DNA of 64,000 nucleotides from Felis catus (GCF_018350175.1 NC_058368.1:222210001-222274000); one strand, 5' to 3'. Shown: positions 1 to 13,384, counted from the first letter of the stretch. Notes: generated by a model not told the origin, from the sequence alone. Numbers and translations are program-made.

Positions 1-3000
1 ATGCTGTTTACAAGAGACCCACTTTAGACCTGAAGACACATTCAGATTGAAAATAAGGGATGGAGAACCATCTATCATGCTAATGGTCAACAAAAGAAAG
101 CCGGAGTAGCCATACTTATATCAGACCATCTAGACTTTAAAATAAAGACTGTATCAAGAGATGCAGAAGAGAATTATGTCATAATCAAGGGGTATGTAGA
201 CCAAGAAGACCTAACAATTGTAAACACTTAGGCACCACATGTTGTAGCGCCCAAGTATATAAATCAATTAATCACAAACATAAAGAAACTCATCGATAGT
301 AATACCATAATAGTAGGAGACTTCAACACCCCACTCACAGCAATGGACAGATCATCTAATCAAAAAATCGACAAGGAAACAATGGCTTTGAATGACACAG
401 TGGACCAGATGGACTTAACAGATATATTCAGAACATTTCATCCCAAAGCAGCAGAATACACATTCTTCTCCAGTGCACATGGAATGTTCTCCAGAATAGA
501 CCATATACTGGGACACAAATCAGCCCTAAGTAAGTACAAAAAGATCAAGATCATACCATGCATATTTTCAGACCACAGCACTATGAAACTTTAAATCAAC
601 CACAAGAAAAAATTTGGAAATGTAACAAATACTGGAGACTGAAGAACGTCCTACTAAAGAATGAATGGGCTAACCAAGCAGTTAAACAGGAAATTTAAAA
701 GTACATGGAAGTCAATGAAAATGATAACACCACAACCCAAAACCTCTGGGACGCAGCAAAGGCGGTCATAAGAGGAAAGTACATAGCAATCCAGGCCTTC
801 CTAAAGAAGGAAGAAAGATCTCAGATACACAACCTAACCTTATGCCTTAAGGAGCTGGAAAAAGAACAGCAAATAAAACCCAAAACCAGCAGAAGACAGG
901 AAATAATAAAGAGTAGAGCAGAAATTAATGTTATCAAAAAAAAAAAAAAACCAGTAGAACAGATTAATGAAACCAAAAGCTGTTTCTTTGAAAGAATTAA
1001 CAAATTGATAAACCACTAGCCAGTTTGATCAAGAAGAAAAAGAAAAGGACCCAAATAAATAAAATCAAGAATGAAAGAGGAGAGATCACAACCAACACAA
1101 CAGAAATAAAAACAATAATAAGACAATATTATGAGAAATTATATGCCAATAAAATTGGTAATCTGGAAGAAATGGACAAATTCCTAGAAACATATACAAT
1201 AAAAGCAATTATAAAACAATAAAAACAATAATAAGAAATATTAAAATAAAACAATAAAATATTAAAATAAAACAATAAAAACAATAATAAGAAATAAAAA
1301 CAATAATAAGACAATATTATGAGCAATTATATGCCAATAAAATTGGTAATCTGGAAGAAATGGACAAATTCCTAGAAACATATACACTACCAAAACTGAA
1401 ACAGGAAGAAATAGAAAATTTGAACAGACCCATAACCAGTAAGGAAATCAAATTAGTAATCAAAAATCTGCAAAATAAAAACAAGAGTCCAGGGCCAGGT
1501 GGTTTTCCAGGGTAATTCTTCCAAACATGTAAGGAACAGTTAAGACCTATTCTCTTGAAACTGTTCCAAAAAATAGAAATGGAAGGAAAACTTCCAAACT
1601 CTTTCTATGAAGCCAGCGTTACCTTGATTCCAAAACCAGACTGAGACCCCACTAAAAAGGAGAACTATAGATCAATTTCCCTGATGAACATGGATGCAAA
1701 AATCCTCAACAAGATATTAGCCTACCGGATCCAACAATACATTAAAAAAATTATTCACCACGACCAAGTGAGATTTATACCTGGGATGTAGGGCTGGTTT
1801 AATATTTGCAAAATAATTAACGTGATTCATCACATCAATAAAAGAAAGGACAGGAACCAGATGATCCTCTCAGTAGATGCAGAGAAAGCATTTGACAAAA
1901 TACAGCATCCTTTCTTGAAAAAACCCTCAAGAAAGTAGGGATAGAAGGATAATACCACAAGATCATAAAAGCTCGAGATCATACCTTGAGACCCAACGCT
2001 AGTATCATCCTCAATGGAGAAAAACTGAGAGCTTTCCCCCTAAGGTCAGGAACAAGACAGGGAAGTCCACTCTTGCCACTGTTATTCAACATAGTATTAG
2101 AAGTCTTAGCCTCTGCATCAGACAACACGAAGAAATAAAAGGCATCCACATTGGCCAGGAGGAAGTCAAACTTTCACTCTTCGCAGATGACATGATACTC
2201 TATATGGAAAACCCAAAAGATTCCACCAAAAAACTGCTAGAATCGATTCATGAATTCAGCAAAGTTGTAGGATATAAAATCAATGCACAGAAATCAGTTG
2301 CGTTCCCATACACCAACAATGAAGTGGCAGAAAGAGAAATCAAGGAATCGATCCCATTTACAGTTGCACAAAAAACCATAAAATACCTAGGAATAAATCT
2401 AACCAAAGAGGTGAAAAATCTACACACTGAAAACTATAGAAAGCTTATGACAGAAATTGAAGAAGACATAAAAAAATGGAAAAAGATTCCATGCTCCTGA
2501 ATAGGAAGAACAAATATTGTTAAAATGTTGATACTACCCAAAACAATCTACATATTCAATGTAATCCCTGCAAAGTAACACCAGCATTGTTCACAGAGCT
2601 AGAACAAACAATCTTAAAATTTATATGGAACCAGAAAAGACCCCGAATAGCCAAAGCAATCTTGAAAAAGAAAACCAAAGCAGGAGGCATCACAATCGCA
2701 GACTTCAAGCTATACTACAAAGCTGTAATCATCAAGACAGTATGGTACTGGCACAAGAACAGACACTCAGATCAATGGAACAGAATAGAGAACCCAGAAA
2801 TGGACCCACAAACGTATGGCTAACTCATCTTTGATATAGCGGGAAAGAATATCCAACGGAATAAAGGCAGTCTTCAGCTAGTGGTGCTTGGAAAACTGGA
2901 CAGCGACATGCAGAAGAATGAACCTGGAGCACTTTCTTACACCATACACAAAAATAAACTCAAAGTGGATGAAAGACCTAAACATAAGACAGGAAGGCAT

Positions 3001-4150
3001 CAAAATCCTTGAGGAGAAAGCAGGAAAAAATTCTTTGATCTTGCCTGCAGCAACTTTTTACTCAACATGTCTCTGGAGGCAAGGGAAACAAAAGCAAAAA
3101 TGAACTACTGAGACCTCATCAAAATACAAAGCTTCTGCACAGTGAAGGAAACAATCAGCAAAACTAAAAGGCAACCGATAGAATGGGAGAAGATATTTGC
3201 AAATGACATATCAGATAAAGGGTTAGTATCCAAAATCTATAAAGAACTTATCAAACTAAACACCCAAAAAACAAATAATCCAGTGAAGAAATGGGCAAAA
3301 GGCATGAATAGACACTTCTCCAAGGAAGACATCCAGATGGCCAACGGACACAAGAAAAAATGCTCAACATCAGTCATCATCAGGGAAATACAAATCAAAA
3401 CCACAGTGAGATACCACCTTACACCTGTCAGAATGGCTAAAATTAACAACTCAGGCAACAACACATGTTGGCGAGAATGCAGAGAAAGAGTATCTCTTTT
3501 GCATTGTTGGTGGCAATGCAAGCTGGTGCATCCACTCTGGAAAATAGTAAGAAGGTTCCTCAAAAGACTAAAAATACAAGTACCCTACAACCTAGCAATT
3601 GACTACTAGCCATTTATCCACCGAATACAGGTGTGCTGATTTAAAGGGACACATGCACCCTCATGTTTATAGCAGCACTATCAACAATAGCCAGAGTATG
3701 GAAAGAGCCCAAATATCCATTGATGGATGAATGGGTAAAGAAGATGTGGTTGGATGGATGAATGGGTAAAGAAGATGGAATATTACTTGGCAATCAAAAA
3801 GAATGAAATCTTGCCATTTGCAACTATGTGGATGGAACTGGAGGGTATTATGCTAAGTGAAATTATTCAGTCAGAGAAAGACAAAAATCATGTGACTTCA
3901 CTCATATGAGGACTTTAAGGGAAGGGAAACAAAACTAATATAAAAACAGGGAGGGTGACAAAACGGAAGAGACTCATAAATATGGAGAACAAACTGAGGG
4001 TTGCTGGAGGGGTTGTGAGATGGTGGATGGGCTCAATGGGTAAGAGGCATTGAGGAATCTACTCCTTAAATCATTGTTTCACTATATGCTAACTAATTTG
4101 TATGTAAATTTTAAAAAAGAAAAAAGAAAATTAAAAAAAATAATAAAAAA
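1..4150 (+). mobile_element. LINE-1 (feline/carnivore L1), decayed ORF2 (endonuclease-RT-Cys-rich C-terminus) plus 3'UTR and poly(A); 5' part lies outside the window
   Basis: Translates to L1 ORF2 motifs: CLQETH, GDFNTPL, SRIDH, SDH (568-576), GTRQG, LFADDM (FADD 2180-2191), IKYLG and CWRECRE...HCWWQC. Many stops and frameshifts (e.g. TAG 229-231). A-rich tail 4113-4150. Confidence 0.97.
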
Positions 4151-4159
4151 GTAAGGGTT

Positions 4160-4477
4160 GTTGGTGGGTTACACGTTTATGTCAGCTGATATGGGTAGAC
4201 CCCTTTTTGGTGATATTTGACCAAAAATTTGACAGGTGAAGGAGTTCACCATGAAGATAATTGGGGGAAACTGGCCCAAAAAGAGTCAGAGCAAAATCCT
4301 AAAAGTGGAACTTGCATGGCATACTTGGAGAGCGCTCTGATGCTCTTGCAGAAGGAGAGGGAGAGTGATGTCAGATGTCTGAGCCCTGAAGGGGATGAAT
4401 CATACAGGCTTCTAAGTAATTTTAATCTTTTTGTCAATGTTGATTTATTTTTGAGAGAGAGAGGGCAGGAGAGGGGC

Positions 4478-4513
<36 letters not shown>

Positions 4514-4880
4514 GAGGAGAAGGAGAGAATCTCAAGCAGGGTCCACACTGGCAGCACAGAGCCTGATGTGGGGTTCAAACTCATGAACCATGAGATCATG
4601 ACCTGGGCTGAAATCAAGAGCCGGGCACTTGACAGATTGAGTCACCCATGTGCCCCAAGGTTCTAAGTCATTTTATATTTTTTAAATTTTTTTAAAGAGT
4701 TTGGATTATACTCAGAGTGAAATGTGGACCTAATTCAAAATTTTTAGTGACAGTGAAAGACTAAGGTTATGTGTTTTAATGATAATCTGGCTACTGTGTA
4801 CAGAAGTCATTGGAGATGGACAAGGGCCAAATCAGGCCGGCTAATTATGAGGCTACTGCTGTAATTCAGACATGGGATGG
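4160..4880 (-). mobile_element. old LINE-2 fragment, interrupted by a SINE
   Basis: Recalled similarity to the L2 3' region (ggtgatatttga...; tttggattatactcagagtgaaatg...; gaggctactgctgtaattcaga). Boundaries approximate. Confidence 0.55.
4424..4656 (-). mobile_element. Can-SINE (tRNA-derived SINEC)
   Basis: Reverse head, (GA)n tract and T-rich tail; TSD ttctaagt(a/c)atttta. Confidence 0.92.
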
Positions 4881-5358
4881 TGAGAAACATAGCAAACCCA
4901 AATAAGGACATCTATTTGAGGAAATTCCCTGAAGCATCTTTGAATTGGAGACTGGTTTACACACTGGTCACATCCAATATTCAAAGGCTTTTAAAAAGGT
5001 ATTACTCTGAGTTGTAAGTTTGAAAGCACACATTCCCTCCTCTTCTGTAAAGGATTGCTTTTGGCAAGATATTTTTAATACAATAACTACATTTCAGTGT
5101 GAATTGTTTGGTGTGGAGATTATATGAAATGTTTTCAAATATGCTATCTCAGTACACAGTACAATTAAAGAGGAGAATCTAGGCAAGGCTTACTTCATAA
5201 GCCTAGTGTTGCAAACTTCTTTCTCTTTTGTCCTTCCAAAATATGTTTCTCAGAGCTAGGCCCAAAAGGATGAGCAACAGGCAGTGATTAGGTGTAGCTC
5301 ACAGATGATTCCGGAGTTGATTTATTATCTTGAACTAAATTTGAAAAACACTACCCCT

Positions 5359-5531
5359 AGGGCTGCTGGGTGGCTCAGTGGGTTAGCAGGTAGATCTTCA
5401 TTTGGGCTCAGGTCATGATCTCATGGTTCCTGGGATCAAGCTGTACATGGGGCAAGCTATATACTCAGAGAGATGCTCTCAGCCCCTTGCTCTGTCTCTC
5501 CCTCTCTCTCAAAATAAATAAATAAAACTTA
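5359..5531 (+). mobile_element. Can-SINE, older/diverged
   Basis: Head ctgggtggctcagtgggttag, (CT)n tract, aaataaataaataaa tail; degenerate TSD gaaaa..actac.cct. Confidence 0.85.
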
Positions 5532-5615
5532 GAAAATTACTACACCTTTCTATGTCACCTGTATGAATGTCATGTTTAAAAGGTGCTGCCTTCTAGATCG
5601 TTTTAGACAAATTTA

Positions 5616-5831
5616 TTAAACAATTTGTTTAATGTTTATTTATTTTTGATAGAGAGAGGGAGAGCACGAGTTGGGGAGGGGCAGAGAGAGAAGGAGAGAC
5701 AGAATCCTAAGCAGGCTCCAGGCTCTGAGCTGTCAGCACAGAGCCTGATGTGGGGCTCAAACCCACAAACTATGAGATCATGCCCTGAACCAAAGTCAGA
5801 CACTCAACCGACTGAGCCACCCAGGTGCCCC
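5616..5831 (-). mobile_element. Can-SINE (SINEC_Fc-like)
   Basis: TSD tagacaaattta at 5604-5615 and 5832-5843. Confidence 0.95.
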
Positions 5832-8149
5832 TAGACAAATTTAATATTTAACTAACGAGCCATTCTTCCCTACTCCATCTGGTAATGGTTCCAAGCCGCA
5901 CCATTATAATTTTGACTCATTTTTCGACATCGTAGCTTTCATATACTTATGGAAATAACAAGTTTGCCAAGCCTGACATCCACAATTCAGGAAAATTGCA
6001 TACCCTTAAACGGTTGTTTTCCCAAAAAGTCCAGGTTATATTTGGTATAAAAAGATTACATCATCATTCAAACCCTTGATAATATTTTTTACAGAGTACA
6101 AAAATATTTTAAGAAATAAGTTAGATATTTTATAAAATGTATATAACTTTTTACAAAATGTGTATGTTGCATTAACAATTACTTACCAATAATTAGTGGA
6201 TAATTACTAGTTAATAAATTAATGCTTAACCAATCATAGAGTTGCTGCTCAGACACAGATTTTGAAGAAGAAAAAAATGGAACAACAAGAAACGTTACTG
6301 GAATATAGAGCCTTCTCAGCTCAACCACTGAGTTGTCCTAAATTGCCTCTTGTATTTTCTCCAGCTCTCAGCATCCCTTGATAGAAGTACCTTTTCTCCT
6401 TTGTTTGCACAATTGTAACTGTTCACTACAATAGCAGTCAAAAAGTCATATGTGAGTAAACACATAATCAGGTAGGTATTTGTCAAATCATGTGAATCAC
6501 GTCTTCTTAGCATGAAGGTTAAAGGGAAACAAGGCTTATATTAGAAAAAATAATTTAATTATGAAATATAATTACCACTCATATTTTGAATGTCTGGTCC
6601 TTGAAGAAAGTTTTGCTAAGTCATGCCCTCAATTTTGAGGATCTTACATGTATTGGGATGAGAAACTATGAATGGATGTGCACATCACTAACTTGAACCC
6701 ATGGCACCGAGAGAGAAAGGCTAGAAGATAGAACTTTAATGTCCCAGGCTGTAACAGACATTTGTTACATCTTTACCCATGGGATATCTATTTCACTTCA
6801 CTAAATGGCTCTCTATAAACCAAGGGAAAGAAATGATTTGCTTGAGGTAGATCTAAGAGATTTTGTAGTGTAGATTCAAACACTTGGCCTGACTCCCACA
6901 GCGTATGGGCACTGTGATGATGTTAAAAGCAAAGCAGGTACAAATTTTCTAAATCTGTGCTTGTATTTGCAGGCAGGAGTTGATGAAAGGACAGAGTGTA
7001 AAGCATCACCCTCCTGAATAGCAACTGTTGCTTCCATAATACCCATAGCAATTGGGCTGTGGCTCAAAAAATTGCAACAAATTACTTGGAAGTAATGTAT
7101 TTTCAAGAAACGTAAATAGCTTGAAGCTCTTGCATCTGAAAAGTTAATTACCCTGAGTGCAACTCAACATAATTTTCTTTTTGTAAAAAAACATTTTATA
7201 TTAAAAGCCAGGCTGTTCCCTCATTCCAGACAAATGATTTCCCCTTTGTGACAGGGTAACTTTTAATTTGAAATAATTAATCCTTTACTGATACTATTAA
7301 TGAAGCTAATCTTGAAAATATTATATGGCCCTTTATTTTCAAAAAATGAGCTATATTTAGAACTAATAAAAGGAGCAGAGGAGGTAAATATTCCTAGACT
7401 TCTTCACAGTCTAGTGAATCAGGCTAAGAATATCAATTAGGCTCAGACACTTCCTCTTTCCCAGCCTCTAGCAAAACGCTACTTTATATCCAACCTTAAC
7501 TAGCTGCAGTCCACGGCTGTCAGTGGTCATAGTCTCAAAGCTGACAAATTCATTTACATGAAGGCATAGTAACTAGTACCATCAGTGCTATTTTCCCAAA
7601 AAGTGTTTGCATTTCAGTAGGGACTCCATGCTACGCCAAAGGAACGAACAATTAATAGTCAAGACGCAGCCCATTTTGACAAAGCATCAAAGATCTCTTT
7701 TTTTAAAACCTTTCTGAGGATACAGAATATTACCACACACTACTTAACTCCCAAATATGAAAGTTTTCTGATCAGAAGTATATGCGCAAATGGGGTAGTA
7801 TTGAGATACGTATTTGTTTACGTATATCTGCTACTACAGTTTCTAGCAGATAATTGTTTTCTGTTTTCTTGCTTCATGGATATTTGTCGTAAGAAAGCAG
7901 AAAGAAGCTGCTGAAAGCCAAAGACTCTTTAAATATTTTATAAAATTATAACCAGAGTAAGAAACAGGCATTTAAGTTGAAACAAAGAGGATGGTACCTG
8001 CGAAAAGCCAGGGAGCGACTGGTTGGTTTCCTCAAGGCTGCAAATAGGTTGGAAGGACTTGAAGACTCTGGCTTCCACAGTTTGCTAGGGGTGCCGTGGG
8101 GGATGGGCTTGGGCTGATGGGAAAGGACTGAACTGAGCAATATGGATGC

Positions 8150-8400
8150 TGGATGCATGCGCAAGAGGAGTCACACTGACTTGAATTCCCATGCATGGAT
8201 CCCAAGTAACGGAACCTCTGGGAGTTTGTCCTCCTGATACACTGGTGCCATGTAAACATGTCAAGCACTGCCTTGTGCTAGAGCGGAAGTGGGAGCCCCA
8301 GTAGCAACCGGGTTTAAGCCCCACTTTCACCATTCCTAGTAACTGCATTTCTGTATGCACATTCCAGTTCTCTTTGGCACGTTACAGTACATAGCAACAT
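8150..8400. promoter_or_regulatory. candidate promoter/enhancer: RFX, forkhead, ETS and NRF1-like motifs
   Basis: TGCATGCGCA 8154-8163; X-box-like GGTGCCATGTAAAC 8244-8257 overlapping forkhead TGTAAACA 8251-8258; CGGAAGTG 8284-8291; RFX half-sites GTAGCAAC 8301-8308, CCTAGTAAC 8335-8343 and CATAGCAAC 8390-8398. Locally GC-richer, non-repeat sequence. Confidence 0.4.
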
Positions 8401-8419
8401 TTTGTCCTTCTCCGCTCCT

Positions 8420-9430
8420 TCCCCCGATCTCTGTTCTCCTTTCCTTTTCTTCCAAATTACCAATCCATGGTCCATAATACTCACCGTCTTACACACCCCC
8501 TCAAAACTTTTGTCCTTATCACATAACTCTACCCATACTAATTACCTGCAGAACTTCAACTCTGATTAATCTAACACTTCTTCCAACTGTTCTAACACCT
8601 GAAGGTGGCTGGAGAAATTTAAAAAATATATACTAAACAATCTTTAGATTTACAAACACTTTCTTTATTGGTTTCTGGGACTCCACTTAGATCATCTCTA
8701 TTACTATGTATTACCCATTTCTATGCAGTTTCCCTTGGTGGTCCTCATAATCTTTCAGCTTTCTCTAAGCTCCAGGAATTGAGGCTTAAAACTGTATGTC
8801 TCATGCAATGTTTCTGGCACAGATTTCCCCACTTAGGTAAATTGTAACTCCATTCTTCCAGTTTCTCTGGTAAGGATCCTTGGAGTTACAACCCACATCC
8901 AATTCGACTACAAATCTTCCCAGCTCTGTATTGAAAATATATTGGGGATGTAGGCACTCTTTAACACATGTTCAATCCCCAATATTGACCTTACCTTTCA
9001 ACCATATCTCTGTGGTGGTCTCTTCACTGAGCCTCTTGCTTCCACATCCACTTCCAAGGTCGCTTTTTGTATGTGATGCCATTTGAACCACCCTTCTAAA
9101 ATAGTCATCTCTAATGCTTTCCGATTTCTTCTAGAGTAAAATTTAAAGACATAATGGTGGCCTGCAAGCCCAGGATGACCTACCCCCTCTATCACATAAT
9201 CTCCTACTACTTCCACTGTTTTACACACCTCTTCACCCAAAGCTGACATCTCAGCAAGCATACTACTCAACCTAGAATGGGTGGCTTTCTTAAGGTCTCT
9301 GCCTGAATATAACTGTGTCAGAGTGGCTTCCCCTGATCATGTTCTATAAAACAAGAGCTTCTCTCACTCACACCCTTTCCTATCTGCTTCCTGCTCTATT
9401 TGTTGCACAGTATTACTTCATATTGTGATA
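8420..9430 (+). mobile_element. old LINE-2 fragment
   Basis: Pyrimidine-rich L2-like phrases (ggctggagaaa; catctctaatgctttcc...tagagtaaaatt; ggcttcccctgatca). Boundaries approximate. Confidence 0.55.
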
Positions 9431-9552
9431 TAGATTCAATGACACTAACTTAAAATTGAATTATTTATTAATTTAGAATCTATCTTGGGGGGTGTAAGGG
9501 CTCATAATGTTAGTTGTTATTTTTATTGTTAATATTAAATTTATTTGAAGCT

Positions 9553-9604
9553 TATTTATTTATTTATTTATTTATTTATTGCTTTATTTATTTATTTATT
9601 TATT
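9553..9604. repeat. (TTTA)n microsatellite
   Basis: Seen directly. Confidence 0.9.
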
Positions 9605-9611
9605 GCTTCCA

Positions 9612-10220
9612 TGGTTGCGGTGGCCAGATCCTAGGGGAAGTTCCCAGGATGTTTACAATCCTATAGAATCCACCCCGCCCTTGTTGTGGGCAAGACCTGG
9701 ATTGCTTCCAGCCAATATGGAAAACATGAAGAGATTTTGCAAGTGTTATTAAGTTTACGAATCAGTTGCTTTTGAGTGAATCAAAAAGGAGATCATGGGG
9801 TGCCTGGGTGGCTCAGTCGGTTAACTGTCCGACTTCGGCTCAGGTCATGATCTCACAGCTCCTGAGTTCAAGCTCCACCTTGTTCTATTGTGCTGAGAGC
9901 TCAGAGCCTGGAGCCTGCTTTTGGATTCTGTGTCTCCTTCCCTCTCTGCCCCTCCCCTGCTCACGGTCTGTCTCTCTCTGTGTGTCAAAAATAAACATTA
10001 AAAAAAATAAAAATATGAAAAGAAGTAGACTGTTCCCATTTTGATATGAATGCAGCCTGGCCCATACTTTGATTGCAACTTTGTGAGATAGACAGCAAAA
10101 AAAGCAGCTTAAGCTATGCCCTGAGTTACAGAAATTATGAGATAACGTACGTATATTTTTAAGCTGCTGAGATTGTGGAAATTTGTTACACACAAATTTG
10201 TTATGCAAAACACTAACATA
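9612..10220 (+). mobile_element. MaLR LTR (MLT1E-like), interrupted by a SINE
   Basis: aatcagttgcttttgagtgaatcaaaaaggagat and 3' end tttaagctgctgagattgtggaaatttgtta, typical of MLT1. Confidence 0.7.
9797..10013 (+). mobile_element. Can-SINE
   Basis: Head ggggtgcctgggtggctcagtcggtt, (CT)-rich tract and A tail. Confidence 0.93.
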
Positions 10221-10334
10221 ACATACTTAAATTTATTTTTCTTATACTTTCCTCTTATACTTTGAATAGCACATTGTTCTAATATTGCTTTTTTTACATG
10301 CCTGTCCACTATTTTTTGTTTATCCCCAATCAAA

Positions 10335-10531
10335 TTTTTTTAAGTTTATTTATTTATTTAGATAGAGAGCACAAGTGGGGGAGGGACAGAGAGAGGGAGA
10401 GAGAGGGATTATCCCAAACAGGCTCCTCACTGTCAGCACAGAGCCCAACGTGGGCGCGAACTCATGAACCGTGAAATCATGACCTGAGCCAAAGTTGGCC
10501 ACTTAACTGACAGAGCCACCCAGGTAGCCCC
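10335..10531 (-). mobile_element. Can-SINE
   Basis: Reverse SINE; degenerate TSD tatcccc(c)aat(c)aaatt. Confidence 0.93.
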
Positions 10532-12125
10532 TATCCCCCAATAAATTATTAACATTTTGAAGCATTCAACATGATCATTGAATGAATTTCCACATGCATT
10601 TATTAAGGAGTCCTTTCTATCACGGTAATGAGATGCTCAGGAAAGTAACGTGCCTAGAAAGAAGAGGCCAGCACAACAATCCGCTTCTCATGTTTGGTTG
10701 AAAGAATCAGAACAAGTAGATTGTACTAATGTTTGTTTATTGCTTGTATTTCAAAACAAAATATTGTACAATACCTTAAGATATCACCAAAGCTTTACAA
10801 GTATCCTGAAGAAGAGATGATTATGCATATTTCACCCATTAGAAATTTGAATTTCCGACCATGTGAGTGATTAGCACAAGGTCACATAATTAGGGAATAC
10901 TACATGTACTTCTTTTGAGCCCAGATCAGAAGCACTATTTGCTACATCACTTTGTCTATTATCATGGGATTAATTATATTAGGTTAAATGGAGAACATTC
11001 ACAATATTTACTCGGCTGATATTAACGTTCACGAACTAGAAGCGTCGGTTCAATTTATGGTCATCAAAACAAGAGATATCTTTGTAACAAAGATAAGATA
11101 CTTACATGAAATTAGAAGTTGAGGGGCACTTGCTACTCTTATCACGAACACAGTGTCCTCTGGCCCCAAACTTGCCCTTTTGTCAGTGTGAGTAATTAGC
11201 ACTTCTGACTACATTTAATAATGATCTATTTTTTAGGAACACTAACTAATTAACTCGCACAACATTATCTCATCTACATTTTACAAGTTGAAGAAACTAA
11301 AGCAGGAGACATAAAGATTAAGAATCTAGCCCAGGGTCACAATACATTTATTGCATGGTAAAGATTAATGTTTTTGACCTCTTAATTTCTTTTGCTAAAT
11401 GAACCTGAAGCCATGTTGGTATTGGGAACTCTTGTTATTTGTAATTCCTATAGCTTTGTACAGAGTTTTTGATAATCCCTGTTGAAAAAAGACCGGTGGT
11501 CCTGGAGTCTTTACATCTCGGATTTAGCTACCCACCAAGTCCCTGACAGAAGAGCATGCCATCTGTAGCAGACCTTCATTCCCAGCAATGGGCTGTGCCT
11601 GGGGGCAAGTAACAGTGCTTGTGTGTCCTGAATAGCCCTGTGCTCCAAGAATTCTACTGTCTCCAGGGGATGTTGATCTCTTTCAACATTCACAGTGGAA
11701 GCATTTTCCTAAATCCACATTCAAACAATTTAAGGCAATACATTGGTTTGGATGTTGTTCACAGTGTCTTGTGGTGTTCAAACAGTTTGTCTTTCTACTT
11801 CCTTCCTAGGTGGTACCTTCTATGAAGCAAATGTCACCAGCCTAAGTTTTGTACCAACTTTCTTGTCATCTCCATCAATAATCATATATTTATATCTGCA
11901 TTCTAACTACCAAACCCCTGCTATATTCTTAGTAGCTTCAACATTCATATAGAGAATCTGACCAATATTTCTCATCAGGATTTTCCAGCCAGCCCCTAGC
12001 AAAACACACATCTGTTTATAATCCAAACCTTTGAGTTAAAAATCTGGAGTCCCATCACCTCTCAAATATCACTTTTCTACCTCTAATTCTCCAAGCATTA
12101 ATTCTCACCTTTCCAGCTGATACAA

Positions 12126-12139
12126 TTTTACTTGTTTGT

Positions 12140-12174
<35 letters not shown>

Positions 12175-12407
12175 TTCATTCATTCATTTATTTTTGAAAG
12201 AGATGGGAGAGAGAGAGAGAGAGAGGAAAGAGAGAGAGAGAGGAGGGGCAGAGAGAGAGGTAGACAGGGGATCCAAAGTAGCCTCCTTACTTCCAAGCAC
12301 AGAGACTGATGCAGTCCTGGGACCCACAAATCATGAGGTCATGACCTGAATGAGATCACGACCTGAGCTGAAGTCAGATGCTCAAATGACTGAGCAACCC
12401 AGATGCT
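12126..12407 (-). mobile_element. Can-SINE with (TTTA)n tail and a small internal duplication
   Basis: TSD ccagct(g/t)atac; duplicated gag.tca.gacctga. Confidence 0.9.
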
Positions 12408-12519
12408 CCAGCTTATACGACTGAGTACACAAAGTTAATGGATTCTCCACCCCAACAGTACTTCTCATTCATTGCGCTTAGCACTTCACTTTCCATCTCC
12501 ACATTCTCTTGCTTTGGGC

Positions 12520-12990
12520 TCCATTAAAGGAGACATTGAGACTAGTGCTTGTGTATATGTCGATTATTTGGGAGGTGATCCCAGGAAGAACAGTTGAAGA
12601 TGTTGGGAATGTCAATCAGTGAAGGGAGAAGAGCCAATAGAGTATGCAGTAATGAGATGCTTACAATTTTACAAATGGAGCGCAGTTTTACATGGGACAC
12701 TTTGCAAAACCGCATAAGGCACACTTTAGAATTTTTTCATTGAAGGATGTACAAATGCGTGATTTTACCCACTGACTCCATATATTCACTGATAAGGTTT
12801 GCATTGGTTGGCTCAACTCTCGTCACTTGATGTCACATGGTGCTGAAGATACGTGGAGAAACTTCTTAAGTATTAGAGAAAGCTTTGAGGCAAATGGACT
12901 AAGAACAAATGACATTGGAATAGGAAACCATCAGCATGCACGTGACCTGGTCACTGCACCTGTAGGTTACATTAGAATTGGGATGTGAGA
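12520..12990 (-). mobile_element. ERVL-class solo LTR (LTR33-like)
   Basis: tatttgggaggtgatcccaggaag...gtgaagggagaagagccaatag resembles the recalled LTR33 consensus. Confidence 0.55.
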
Positions 12991-13384
12991 TGGACCCTCG
13001 ACACCCTGTTACATTTTCATCTTATTTCCTGGCTTCAGTTGCATGGAGCAGCTCTCTAAGCACTGATTTCTTTGCTTTTTATCCCTCTCCCACCCCTGAA
13101 TCTTCTCCCTTCTACTGTTTTTCTCTGGCAAAACATGGCCCTCCGGTAAAACCCAGCTATCCATTGTATGAATCTGTATCTGAGCAGGTGACTATTGCCA
13201 GATCAACTATGATGACTGGATTCATTTCCAATTTATGACAGCATTCTCAAATCCGAACTCTAGAAATCCAGACAATTATCTTGCATGTGGTATTTTCTGT
13301 TCCCCACGAGGAATGTTTCACTCTCACATTGCTAACTTCCACTTCTTCTTTTCCATAGTTCATAGACAAAGTGGGTGAAGAGTA

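Noticed and set aside
343..3609. Multiple ORFs with endonuclease/RT similarity as an active or novel RT system
   Set aside because: They are fragments of one ordinary L1 ORF2 broken by stops and frameshifts.
9781..10030. SINE-associated deletion of the MLT1E middle
   Set aside because: The TSD is unclear and I cannot measure the missing length without a consensus alignment.
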